This document shows, piece after piece, positions 1-10,153 of a stretch of 64,000 bases of DNA. Positions within the stretch are counted from its first letter, which is position 1. Every line of letters begins with the position of its first letter. The notes under the pieces were generated by a model, which did not search any database, was not told the DNA's origin, and worked only from the letters and a program-made list of their open reading frames with translations. This DNA is from an uncultured Gammaproteobacteria bacterium (GTDB lineage Bacteria; Pseudomonadota; Gammaproteobacteria; UBA9214): NCBI GenBank assembly GCA_963773065.1, contig CAVYZN010000011.1, forward strand, positions 64,001-128,000, read 5' to 3'. The position numbers and the translations under genes are program-made.

Positions 1-2
1 AG

Positions 3-720
3 GAGATCGTGGCGGAGATCGAGGGGTATCAGAAAATCATCGATGGCGCCCGCCAGGTCGTCGAAAACTACCAGCCCCGCATCCCCATCCACCCCGACTG
101 GCCGATAGTGGAATTGGGTGATGCATGTGACGTCAGAATGGCCTTTTGGTGGAACGCCTGAAGCAAGAAACGTCGATTCGTCATGAAACGGATATTCGGT
201 TATGAGCAGGACGCTAAACAATTGCGAAGATAATTATTAACTGTAAGATGATTTTATCGATGAAGCCAGACGAATTCAATCGAAATGCGTAGATTCCGAC
301 GGCAAGTATTAATGACCTATGTATGAGTGCTATTCGCACGAAGGGTAAAGTTGCGATATTGCCTGATGATGTAAGACTCTGCGATTATTAATCAGGCTGC
401 TACTGCAATTATGATCAAAACGAAATATTTAACCTCCGGATATTTGTTAAGAATTCTGCAAGCGACAGCAAGAAGACTTAAGACAATCTGGTAGAGCCTG
501 CTGAGGGGCTGCAAATCAGAAATGTAACCTCAGTTGGAAGTGCTGAAACAATACAAAGTTCCACTTCCCGACCTCGAAACCCAACGGACTATCGTCACCC
601 AAATCGAAGAAGAGCAGCGCCTGGTCAACGCCAACAAAGAGCTGATCCGCCTCTTCGAAGACAAGATCAAGACCACCATCAACCGCGTGTGGGGCGAGGA
701 CGACACCACCATTGTCAAAG
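3..720 (+). pseudogene. 3' end of type I/IIG restriction-modification protein (methylase-specificity fusion or HsdS); TRD part frame-disrupted
   Basis: Frame from 3 reads EIVAEIEGYQKIIDGARQVVENYQPRIPIHPDWPIVELGDAC; frame from 534 reads VPLPDLETQRTIVTQIEEEQRLVNANKELIRLFEDKIKTTINRVWGE (HsdS conserved helices); AT-rich broken frame between. Confidence 0.7.
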
Positions 721-739
721 GAATGACCTATGGAAGCCA

Positions 740-1290
740 GTTTTGTTGTTTACATTCGATGAGCAACTACCAGAGCGGTAAATACCAGTTCACAGTGCTG
801 GTTTGCCACATGCTCTACATAGCTTCGTTATTTCGCGATGCGGCAGATCAGCAAAGTTGCACCGACGTGATTTCCGAATATTGTCGGCCTGGTCGGTTGT
901 ATCCGCAAGGACGACGAAAAACGACTTGCACGATGCCAGCTCACCGTGCCGCATTCTGAACCATCAAAGAGGCCCGGATATTCCGCTTTCTCAAGTCGAT
1001 CGACTATGAAAACGACCGTATCGTGCTAGTTCGGCATCGCCAGGTGCAGTGGCCGCGACGGATATTTGCCCACCCAACGGAACATCTTCTTCAGCGACCA
1101 GAAAAGCGCCGATCCCGAGATTGCTGGAGTCGTCGGCCAGATGGATGTGATTCAAACTCCCGCTGGAGATTGGCCCCAGGAACCGAGGATCCCACCAACC
1201 GGCTGCCACATTCGAGAAGCAGCCTCTACCTTTCCTGCGCTTCCCAGAATTCAGACATCGACAGGATTACGGGATTCGTATTGTCAATGA
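740..1290 (+). pseudogene. Degraded hypothetical protein, possibly HEPN-like, downstream of the RM gene
   Basis: Fragments in shifting frames: SNYQSGKYQFTVLVCHML, IKEARIFRFLKSIDYEND, IFAHP/NIFFSDQ. Confidence 0.3.
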
Positions 1291-1442
1291 CAGTACGATC
1301 AGCCATGGACGCACCGATTTGAGTCTGTAAAAGGAAAACGAGAAGTGAATGTGAATAACATACCGTCGGGAGTTACTGCGGCGGCCCGAAGATTTTCTTG
1401 AAAGCCGTATCTTTAACCTCCTGCCAACTACGCGGCAGGTCA

Positions 1443-1965
1443 TCATTTAATCTCCAATGCCTCATAGATTTCACGTATCAATGCATTATTGATGGGTTTC
1501 GCAGTGAGCATTTTCTTTAACAGTTCGTGTCCGTGCCAGACGGCAATCTCGAAATCTTTGGCAAGTTGGTGCATGCCGAGGTCATCGGTCACGACGATGG
1601 CCGGGCGAATCTGACCGAAGGCGAGAATGGAGCAGTCGGTGGGCGATGGCGGTGAACGGCCTTGCGATGTATAGGTCGTGGCATTACCCAGAACATGCGC
1701 CCTCAATACGCTGTTTGCGGCGTTGCAGTTGCCATTTCTCCTCTTCGTTGAGTCTTACCCGCTTCGCAAAGCGTTCAGAGACAAGTTCTGGACTGTCAAA
1801 CCAGGGATAATGAAAACGAAGCCTCGGGCTTTTATGGACTTCGTCTTCTACCTTTTTCAGTATGGTGAGTACATAGCGTTTTTGTCCGAACTCCACACCC
1901 AGCATGGGCTTGATGCGCTTGGCCAACCGTAGATAGGCATTGGTGTCCAGAAGCACCAGTGTCAA
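1443..1965 (-). CDS. PIN-like domain protein (frameshifted)
   Basis: N-terminal VLLDTNAYL and C-terminal SPTDCSILA..VVTDDLGM acidic PIN motifs split over ORFs 1684-1965 and 1443-1706. Confidence 0.65.
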
Positions 1966-3086
1966 TGACGCAGTTCCTCATACAGCGCCGTGGCATCCTG
2001 GAGCGAGGTATCAAGCACCTGTTGAATGTAAGACAGTCCGGTGCCTTGTTCATGGATCATACGCTTGAGGGCGTTGAACAAGTCGGACTGGAACGCATGT
2101 TCACACGTTGCCATATAGAGTTTTGGCTCCGGCGGCAGGGGGTCAAATAACGCCTCGCTGATCAAAGGCCCGGGATGACTGTTGCGGACGGCATGGACCG
2201 TTTTTTCCTCCACATGCAATCCGGGTAACCCGGCGGCCTGCGCATAGCGTTTGACCTCCTGATAGATGGTGTTCAGGGAGATCATGTGGGTGCTGGCCTG
2301 CTGCTGCAAAGCCCGGATCACACCTTCTTCGCTACGCTTTTGACTGGCGGCATGATACGCCGCTTCGGCACAGAGCCTGGGAAAGAGCAGGGCGCCGGCG
2401 AATGCATCCGCGAAATCCTCGCCTTCCTCCTCTCCCGCGAGTTCTGGGGTGTACACATGGGCTAGTTCATGCGCCATCCAGAACTTGAAGTCTTCACGCC
2501 GGGTGTCGAGATTGAGGAAAATGAAGGTAACATCTTCCTGCGGCAGGCGGATATGCAGTGCGTTTTCGTGGCGCTGTTTGACACCCCACAGAACAGGTAT
2601 GAGTACCGCTCCGCTGTTTTTGAATTCGCCGATCAGATGTTCGTAATCGAGTACGGCTTGTTCGCCGATACCTAGGCGCGTCCTCGTTTGGGAAACCGCG
2701 GTCTGAAGCTTGTGGTAATCGGTCGATGGCGAGGTGATCAGTGTGCGCAGCACCTGCATCTCGGGCAGGTACGGAACTAATGGCTTGAGCAATTGGCCGA
2801 TCCCTACCGCTTTAACGATGTGTGAGTCGGTCGTCTTCGCGCTTCCTTTCTTTCGGAAGGCGACTACTGGACGGCCGTCGCCGCTTGTTTGTACCAACTC
2901 TTCAAAAGTCAGTCTGAGGGTTGTCGCGAGCTTAAGGAGCGTGGCGGGGCGAGGAAAATCTTTATTCTTCAGCCAATTCGTTACGGATTGGGCGGAAACC
3001 CCAACGACATCGGCCAACTGCTTTTGGTTTATACCGCTCTTTGTTAGGGCTGTCTGGAGTGCTTCGATGTTTATAGCCTTCCTCAT
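1962..3086 (-). CDS. XRE-family HTH fused to ImmA/IrrE-type zinc metallopeptidase
   Basis: INQKQLADVVGVSAQSVTNW HTH; FWMAHELAH (HExxH); EDFADAFAGALL. Confidence 0.85.
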   Translation of the reverse strand: MRKAINIEALQTALTKSGINQKQLADVVGVSAQSVTNWLKNKDFPRPATLLKLATTLRLTFEELVQTSGDGRPVVAFRKKGSAKTTDSHIVKAVGIGQLLKPLVPYLPEMQVLRTLITSPSTDYHKLQTAVSQTRTRLGIGEQAVLDYEHLIGEFKNSGAVLIPVLWGVKQRHENALHIRLPQEDVTFIFLNLDTRREDFKFWMAHELAHVYTPELAGEEEGEDFADAFAGALLFPRLCAEAAYHAASQKRSEEGVIRALQQQASTHMISLNTIYQEVKRYAQAAGLPGLHVEEKTVHAVRNSHPGPLISEALFDPLPPEPKLYMATCEHAFQSDLFNALKRMIHEQGTGLSYIQQVLDTSLQDATALYEELRH

Positions 3087-3210
3087 GTGAAGGAATTATA
3101 AGTACAGGTTGGCATAAATCAAGTTATTTCAAGTTTTGAGGGGGTAATCGGGTACGTACCCGAATGGTACTTACTTGGGCGGTTCCATGTATCGCCCGCT
3201 CACATGAGCG

Positions 3211-3387
3211 GACCCCCCGTTAGAACACTACGCGCCGGCTCAGTCGATGTACTCGAACAGCTTCACGACCCGCTGCACGCCGCCGACCTGGCGGGCCACC
3301 TCGGTAACGGCGTCGGCTTCCTTGCGGGTGACCAGCCCATCAGGTAAACCGTGCCGTTATCGGTCACCACCTTGATCCGGGTTCCGT
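3211..3387 (-). repeat. Diverged duplicate of the dolP 3' end plus downstream bases (copy of 4121-4298)
   Basis: Direct alignment by eye; scattered substitutions and a 1-nt deletion. Confidence 0.9.
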
Positions 3388-3681
3388 CTACCGCCGCCCC
3401 GCCCAATACCTCGGGCGGCGGCTGTGGTGGGCGATGGCGATGACGCGTATCGCCACGGACTGGATACGATAAACCAGTGAATAGGGATAAACATGCAACG
3501 GCAGGATGCGCGCGCCGAAGGGGCCCTGCCTGCCGAGTTCGGGAAACTGGCTCAGCAGATGCAGACTGTGTTCGAGTTTGTCGACAAATCCACCGGCGAC
3601 GGAAAACAATCCCTCCTCAATATACCAATCGACGGCATCCCGGCCGTCGGCTTTTGCTTCATCGCTTAGCGTTACCTGCAT
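3388..3681 (-). CDS. RelE/ParE family toxin
   Basis: EAKADGRDAVDWY..FPELGR..YPYSLVYR..VIAIAHHSRRPRYW. Confidence 0.85.
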   Translation of the reverse strand: MQVTLSDEAKADGRDAVDWYIEEGLFSVAGGFVDKLEHSLHLLSQFPELGRQGPFGARILPLHVYPYSLVYRIQSVAIRVIAIAHHSRRPRYWAGRR

Positions 3682-3916
3682 CGGTCTCCGCAGTCTTGAT
3701 CCTCGCGCGCAGCTCGGTCATGACTTCCTCCATTGAATTCCATTTCGTGCGGCCCGCATCCATGTCTGCAATCCGGCGCGCGATCTCGGCCTCCCAGGCT
3801 GCCGCCACTTCCTCCTGCGATGCCACGCTAATCCAGAGCAGATCCGCCAGGTCGGCCCTCTCATCAGGGGTAAGTTGCATCGCTTCGGCTTTCAACTGCT
3901 CAAGGGTAGGTGACAT
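3659..3916 (-). CDS. Addiction-module antitoxin (TIGR02574-like)
   Basis: EAMQLTPDERADLADLLWIS..AAWEAEIARRI; overlaps the toxin start. Confidence 0.8.
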   Translation of the reverse strand: MSPTLEQLKAEAMQLTPDERADLADLLWISVASQEEVAAAWEAEIARRIADMDAGRTKWNSMEEVMTELRARIKTAETDAGNAKR

Positions 3917-4080
3917 GACGGCATCCTCCGGGAAGGGCGGGATGACCTGATGATACCAGTAGAACCATGATCGAAACAGACCCGATCCGCCGCGCGTTGT
4001 GACCTCCCAGACGACCGCCGGGGTTGTATCGCTTGCTTGCATGTTCGCGACCAAGGTCGCTCCTACGGCGAACGATGCGC

Positions 4081-4135
4081 TTCAATCGGGAGGATGAGCA
4101 ATAACCTGCTGAGGTGACTGGACCTCCCGTTAGAA
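4081..4135. terminator. Imperfect hairpin downstream of dolP (terminator or degenerate attC-like)
   Basis: TTCAATCGGGAGG...CCTCCCGTTAGAA inverted repeat. Confidence 0.4.
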
Positions 4136-4149
4136 CACTACGCGCCGCC

Positions 4150-4737
4150 TCAGTCGATGTACTCGAACAGCAACACGACCCGCTGCACGCCGCCGACCTG
4201 GCGTGCCACCTCGGTAACGGCGTCGGCTTCCTTGTGGGTGACCAGACCCATCAGGTAGACCGTGCCGTTGTCGGTCACCACCTTGACCCGGGTTCCGTTA
4301 AAGCCCTCGATGTCGGTGATGCGCAGGATCTCGATCTTCACCTTGGCGGTAACCAGCGAGTCGCTGGCGCGCGTCATGAAGGAACTGGGGGCGGCGATGA
4401 CCATCTCGTTGTGGATCTTGCGCACCATCGGGATGTCCTTGACGATGTTCTCCGCCTGACTGCGCAGCGCCGCGGTCGGGGCTTCGCCCGTCATCAGGAC
4501 TTCCCCGTTGTAGCTGGTGATCTCGACATGGATCTGGCTGTTGAGGTCCTTGTTCTCGATGATGGTGAAACGCGCCCTCACTTCAACCGTTTCATCGTCC
4601 ACGACCGCTCCGGGGGAGCGTCGCGAATTCGCTACGGCGGCGGTGCCGGCCACGGCGCCGCCGACGACAACGGGTGCGCAACCGTAAAGCAGATTGGTGG
4701 CGATCAACAGTGCGAGAATTCCATTGGTGAATTTCAT
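4150..4737 (-). CDS. dolP: Dual BON-domain lipoprotein DolP/YraP
   Basis: Lipobox LYGC, two BON domains, synteny with gmhA-yraN-lpoA. Confidence 0.88.
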   Translation of the reverse strand: MKFTNGILALLIATNLLYGCAPVVVGGAVAGTAAVANSRRSPGAVVDDETVEVRARFTIIENKDLNSQIHVEITSYNGEVLMTGEAPTAALRSQAENIVKDIPMVRKIHNEMVIAAPSSFMTRASDSLVTAKVKIEILRITDIEGFNGTRVKVVTDNGTVYLMGLVTHKEADAVTEVARQVGGVQRVVLLFEYID

Positions 4738-4741
4738 CAGT

Positions 4742-5708
<967 letters not shown>

Positions 5709-5710
5709 CC

Positions 5711-7615
5711 TCAAGGCGCCGGCATTCCGGTATCGGGGGCCGTTTCCACCCGGGAGTCGAGCGGGTAGGGGAGACCATTCCTGAACTGCGCCCACATCAG
5801 GGTGCGGTGAACCTGTTGGCGTTTATCGAGCGTGAGGTCGCCGGTTACGCCATGGTAAGAACCAAACAGGCCGCCCTCGACCCGCCCCAGGTAGGGGGTG
5901 ATGCGATAGGCGTCGATACCCAGTGCATAGAAACGTCCGTGACTCACGGCGTTGTCCGGCCAACGCTCGTTGATGGTCTGCCGCAGGTCCTGCCAGTCGC
6001 CGCCTGCCTCCAGCGTCCACGGCATGTCACAAAACAGCAGCCCGTTCAGATCCGTATCCCGGGATTGATCGGGACGGCCCGAGTAGACATGCGAGGTGCT
6101 GTAGACCGGCACGCGTTGCGCCCGGAAGAAGCTCAGTTGCGGGCGTATCAGGCGCGCCTGCTCGGGTGTGGCGAGGAGAAAGATGCAATCGACATCCTGG
6201 CGCCGCCGCGGTTCGAACTCGAGCGGCTGGCCTATCACCCGCACCAGGCTGGCCTGCCTCGCCTTGCTGCCATCGAGATTGAGGGCCGCGCTGATCACCC
6301 GGCTATGATCGGCTTCTTCCGGATTGTAAGACTGATGATCGAGCAGGCTGCCGCCCAGTGTTACCCATTCATCGGCAAAGGCCGCGTAGACACGCTCACC
6401 CCAACTGCCCTCGGGGACCAGGGTAATGACCCGTTGATGCCCGTCATGCCAGGCCCGCCGCGCGACTTCTCGCGCCTCGTCTTCCGGCGCCAAGCCGAAC
6501 TGGTATACCGATTGATTGACAGCCCCCTCTGTTTCGACCTGGTTAAGCGTGAGCACCGGAACCGGCAGTTGCTCCTGCGCCAGCAGCGCCAGGACGGCCT
6601 CCTTGCGCAAGGGTCCGATGACGAACCGCGCACCGTCGGTGACGGCCTGCTGATAGCGCGCCACGGCATCGGCAGGGTCCGCGCCGGCGTCATAGATGCG
6701 CAGTACCGGCCGGCGGCTGCCATCGGAGGTATCGTAATAGGCGGCCAGTATGCCGTTGCGGATGGCGGTGGCGGCTTCCGCCAGGGCGCCGCTCAGCGGC
6801 AGCAGGATGGCGACCTGCTGCGGCGGTTGGGCGGCGGTCCCCATGCGCTCGATCAATGCGGTGATGAAAGCCCCGCCGGCCGGGTGACCGGGGTAGCGCG
6901 TCCGCCAGTGCGGGATCACCTCGCCCAGGGATTGCGGCTGTTGCAGGTAAAGACGGGTGAGTTGCACCAGTTCCAGCCAGCCGCTCAGCGCATCCGGTGG
7001 CGGCGCCATGCGCATGTCCTGGAGTTCGGCATCCGTCAGCCGCGTGAGCGCCTCCCAGGTGGCGAACTGGTTATCCAGTTTCTGCTTCGGGTCATCCAGG
7101 AGCGTGTCGAGCGCGATGCGTTCGCGGGCGCTGGAGAGGTAGTTGTTGTCAAGCAGGTAGGCTTCGGCGCGCAGGCGATGATAGTCCGCCCGGTAGGGTC
7201 CGCCGGCGGGCACGGCCTGCAGGCGCTCCAGTGCCTGGTCGGGGTGATGCCGAAGGATGTCAAGCTGCGCCTGACTGACGTCATAATGCTGCCGCTGCGT
7301 TTCGGTCAGGCCCGAAGCGGCGATGCCGGCGAGGACGGCTTCGGCGCGATCGTAATCGCCGCCACGGTTCAGACTATCGACGCCGGCCAGCAGGTAGTCT
7401 TCTTTAAGGGGCGCGGCGGCTTGTTCGGCGGCTTGCAGGTAAACGGCCGCGGCGCCCTTGAAATCGCCGGCCGCCTCCAGCGTCTGCGCCTGCGCCTGGA
7501 GCCGGGTATCCGGGGCGGGGGTCGTCACGCGTGTTTCCGTGGCGCACCCGGCCGCCAGGAATATCCCGGCGGCGGCGATGAGGGCCAGGAGGGAAGTCAA
7601 GCGGGGTCGATGCAT
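5711..7615 (-). CDS. lpoA: Penicillin-binding protein activator LpoA
   Basis: Lipobox LAAGC; LLPLSG, GPLRK, RRRQDVD, ALGIDAY. Confidence 0.9.
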   Translation of the reverse strand: MHRPRLTSLLALIAAAGIFLAAGCATETRVTTPAPDTRLQAQAQTLEAAGDFKGAAAVYLQAAEQAAAPLKEDYLLAGVDSLNRGGDYDRAEAVLAGIAASGLTETQRQHYDVSQAQLDILRHHPDQALERLQAVPAGGPYRADYHRLRAEAYLLDNNYLSSARERIALDTLLDDPKQKLDNQFATWEALTRLTDAELQDMRMAPPPDALSGWLELVQLTRLYLQQPQSLGEVIPHWRTRYPGHPAGGAFITALIERMGTAAQPPQQVAILLPLSGALAEAATAIRNGILAAYYDTSDGSRRPVLRIYDAGADPADAVARYQQAVTDGARFVIGPLRKEAVLALLAQEQLPVPVLTLNQVETEGAVNQSVYQFGLAPEDEAREVARRAWHDGHQRVITLVPEGSWGERVYAAFADEWVTLGGSLLDHQSYNPEEADHSRVISAALNLDGSKARQASLVRVIGQPLEFEPRRRQDVDCIFLLATPEQARLIRPQLSFFRAQRVPVYSTSHVYSGRPDQSRDTDLNGLLFCDMPWTLEAGGDWQDLRQTINERWPDNAVSHGRFYALGIDAYRITPYLGRVEGGLFGSYHGVTGDLTLDKRQQVHRTLMWAQFRNGLPYPLDSRVETAPDTGMPAP

Positions 7616-7732
7616 TGCAGGAGCTGTCAGGACGGGACCGATGGTTCAATCACCGGCTGACTCTACTGAAAAGCCGCTGCCCCGTCCAGTTAATGCCGGG
7701 GTAGGCCCCGTTCGGGGAATAATATTGCTAGC

Positions 7733-7869
7733 CTAGTGTCCATCCATAAACACCATTTTCACCGCAAAGACGCAAAGATCGCGAAGAAACTTATTAACAA
7801 AAACAATTAAACGGCTTTGCGTTCTTTGCGTCTTTGCGGTGAGTTTATGTTCTTTCTGGATGCACACAG
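7733..7869. mobile_element. MITE-like palindromic element, copy 1
   Basis: Terminal IR CTAGTGTCCATCCA/TGGATGCACACAG; internal IR TCACCGCAAAGACGCAAAG; inverted copy at 62834-63018. Confidence 0.65.
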
Positions 7870-7897
7870 CCTATGCTCAATCGCCGAGGAGTTCACG

Positions 7898-8749
7898 ATG
7901 ACGAACCGGAAGGGAATGCTCTACGTGGTCGCCACGCCCATCGGTAATCTGCAGGATATTTCCGCGCGCGCCATCGCCACCCTGAAAAGCGTGTCGCGCA
8001 TCGCCGCCGAGGATACCCGTCATAGCGGCAAGCTGCTGTCGCATTACGGGATCAACACCCCGCTGGTGGCCTTGCATGAGCACAACGAACGGGAAGTCAC
8101 GCCGGGGCTGCTCGGCATGCTTGAAGCGGGCGATGATCTCGCCCTGATCTGCGATGCCGGTACGCCGCTGATCAGCGACCCCGGGTTTTGCCTGGTGCGC
8201 GCCGCGCGCGAGGCCGGGATACGGCTGGTGCCCGTGCCGGGTCCCGCGGCCGGCATTGCGGCATTGTCGGTCTCGGGCCTGCCCGCGGACCGCTTCGTAT
8301 TCGAAGGCTTCCTGCCCCCCCGGGCGGCGGCACGGCGAGCGCGTCTGGAGGTCCTGAAGGGGGAAACCCGCACCCTGGTATTCCACGAGTCATCCCATCG
8401 CATTGTCGAGTGCCTCGAGGACATGATGGCAATACTCGGCGGCGACCGGCCTGGCGTCATTGCGCGCGAACTCACCAAGGTGTTCGAGACCATCGAGAGC
8501 GGAAGCCTGGCCGCCCTGTCGGTCTGGCTGCAAGCCGACCCCAACCGGCAAAAGGGCGAGTTTGTCGTGCTGGTACAGGGAACCCCGCCGGCTGGCGACA
8601 CCGCGCTGGATGAAACGACCCGGCATGTGCTCGCGGTGCTGCTGGCGGAACTGCCGCTGAAACAGGCGGCCGCGCTGGCGGCGAAGATCACCGGGCTCTC
8701 GAGGAATGCGCTCTATGCGCAGGCGCTGCAGATGAAGCAACGGGGATAG
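7898..8749 (+). CDS. rsmI: 16S rRNA C1402 2'-O-methyltransferase
   Basis: LYVVATPIGNLQDIS, DAGTPLISDPG, RELTKVFE. Confidence 0.96.
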   Translation: MTNRKGMLYVVATPIGNLQDISARAIATLKSVSRIAAEDTRHSGKLLSHYGINTPLVALHEHNEREVTPGLLGMLEAGDDLALICDAGTPLISDPGFCLVRAAREAGIRLVPVPGPAAGIAALSVSGLPADRFVFEGFLPPRAAARRARLEVLKGETRTLVFHESSHRIVECLEDMMAILGGDRPGVIARELTKVFETIESGSLAALSVWLQADPNRQKGEFVVLVQGTPPAGDTALDETTRHVLAVLLAELPLKQAAALAAKITGLSRNALYAQALQMKQRG

Positions 8750-8792
8750 CTGAGGGCGTTACACCCAGACTCACACTAGCCCCGGTGGGCGC

Positions 8793-9872
8793 TTACCTTC
8801 CATGCCGGCGCAGCGCCCAGGCCACATGCTCCCGGACCAGTTCCGACGGGTCGTCCCGGCGGCGCTCGAGTGCGGCGAGCACTTCCGGGGAAGTCGGCGC
8901 ATTTCCCAGGGCGACGGCGATGTTGCGCAACCAGCAGGCATAGCCGATCCGGTGGATGGCGCTGCCCTGCAGTCTTGCCGCGAATTCCCCGGCGCTCCAG
9001 GAAAACAGGCGCACGAGCGCCGGCGCGTCCAGCGCGTTGCGGGTCCAAAAGTCGGCCTCGCCCGTGGCGCGGGCAAAGCGGTTCCAGGGGCAAATGAGCT
9101 GGCAGTCATCGCAGCCGTAGATGCGGTTGCCGAGCAATGGCCGCAGAGGCTCCGGAATGGAACCGCGCAGTTCGATGGTGAGGTAGGAAATACACCGGCG
9201 CGCATCCAACTGGTAAGGCGCCACGATGGCGCCGGTCGGGCAGATCTCCAGGCAGGCCTGGCAGGTGCCGCAATGGTTTTCCGCCGGCTGATCGGCCGGC
9301 AGCGGCAGGCTGGTGAACAGTTCTCCGATGAAAAACCATGAACCGGCCGCCTGGTTGAGCAGGTTGGTGTGTTTCCCGATCCAGCCCAGGCCGGCTTTCT
9401 GCGCCAGGGCCTTTTCCAATACCGGTGCGCTGTCGCTGAAGGCGCGGTAGCCGAACGGACCGGCCAGGGATTCGATCCGATCGGCCAGTTTCTGCAGGCG
9501 CCGGCGCAGGACCCGGTGATAATCCCGGCCCAAAGCATAGCGCGAGACATAGGCGAGGGCCGGATCCGCGATGACCCGCTCAGGATCGGCCGCACCGGGC
9601 GGCCAGTAGTTAAGACGCGCCGATATGACCCGCAGCGTGCCGGGCAGCAGCTCCCCCGGCCGGCTGCGGCGCGTGCCGTGACGTTGCATGTAATCCATCT
9701 CGCCCTGCCGGCCCTGGTCGAGCCAGTTCAGCAGATAGGCCTCGTGCTCGCCGAGTTCCGTATCGCTGATGCCGACCTGCTGAAACCCCAGTTCCATCCC
9801 CCAGCGTTTGATCTGGCTCGCCAGGGCCGGGTAATCGAGGTCGGGAGCGGCAGGCTGGGTCAGTTTTTCCAT
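8793..9872 (-). CDS. queG: Epoxyqueuosine reductase
   Basis: SRYALGRDYH, CGTCQACLEICPT, IYGCDDCQLICPWN. Confidence 0.96.
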   Translation of the reverse strand: MEKLTQPAAPDLDYPALASQIKRWGMELGFQQVGISDTELGEHEAYLLNWLDQGRQGEMDYMQRHGTRRSRPGELLPGTLRVISARLNYWPPGAADPERVIADPALAYVSRYALGRDYHRVLRRRLQKLADRIESLAGPFGYRAFSDSAPVLEKALAQKAGLGWIGKHTNLLNQAAGSWFFIGELFTSLPLPADQPAENHCGTCQACLEICPTGAIVAPYQLDARRCISYLTIELRGSIPEPLRPLLGNRIYGCDDCQLICPWNRFARATGEADFWTRNALDAPALVRLFSWSAGEFAARLQGSAIHRIGYACWLRNIAVALGNAPTSPEVLAALERRRDDPSELVREHVAWALRRHGR

Positions 9873-9932
9873 GGTTGATTCGGCGGCTGGATTTTTACAT
9901 CGGCTTCACGGTATGTTGCCCTGGCTTACGGG

Positions 9933-10078
9933 TTCACCGCAAAGACGCAAGGGGTACAAAGACAGTAGTAGTATTGTACTGCTCCGCCGGATAGCTGATG
10001 GCAATATGTCCCGAGGACGGATTTTTCAGTTGTTATTGGTTTTTTTCTCCGCGTCCTTTGCGTCTCTGCGGTGAAAAA
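9933..10078. repeat. Inverted repeat pair of the TCACCGCAAAGACGCAA family
   Basis: TTCACCGCAAAGACGCAAGG ... CCTTTGCGTCTCTGCGGTGAA. Confidence 0.65.
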
Positions 10079-10153
10079 TTCTCGCTACCCGGTTCCTGAT
10101 GCATACCAAGGATGACATGACGACGACTGCTTCCCTTATACACCGCGGCGCAG

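Noticed and set aside
4081-4135. Functional attC after dolP
   Set aside because: Only one end matches the AAC/GTT core; could equally be a terminator
5807-7660. Long antisense or alternative-frame ORFs (5807-7660, 17368-18798, 19959-21044, 39639-41108, 55843-56979)
   Set aside because: Shadow ORFs of GC-rich real genes with no recognisable motifs
8750-8792. rnpB after rsmI, as in some Gammaproteobacteria
   Set aside because: Gap is only ~43 bp; no tRNA, rRNA or RNase P RNA recognised in the window
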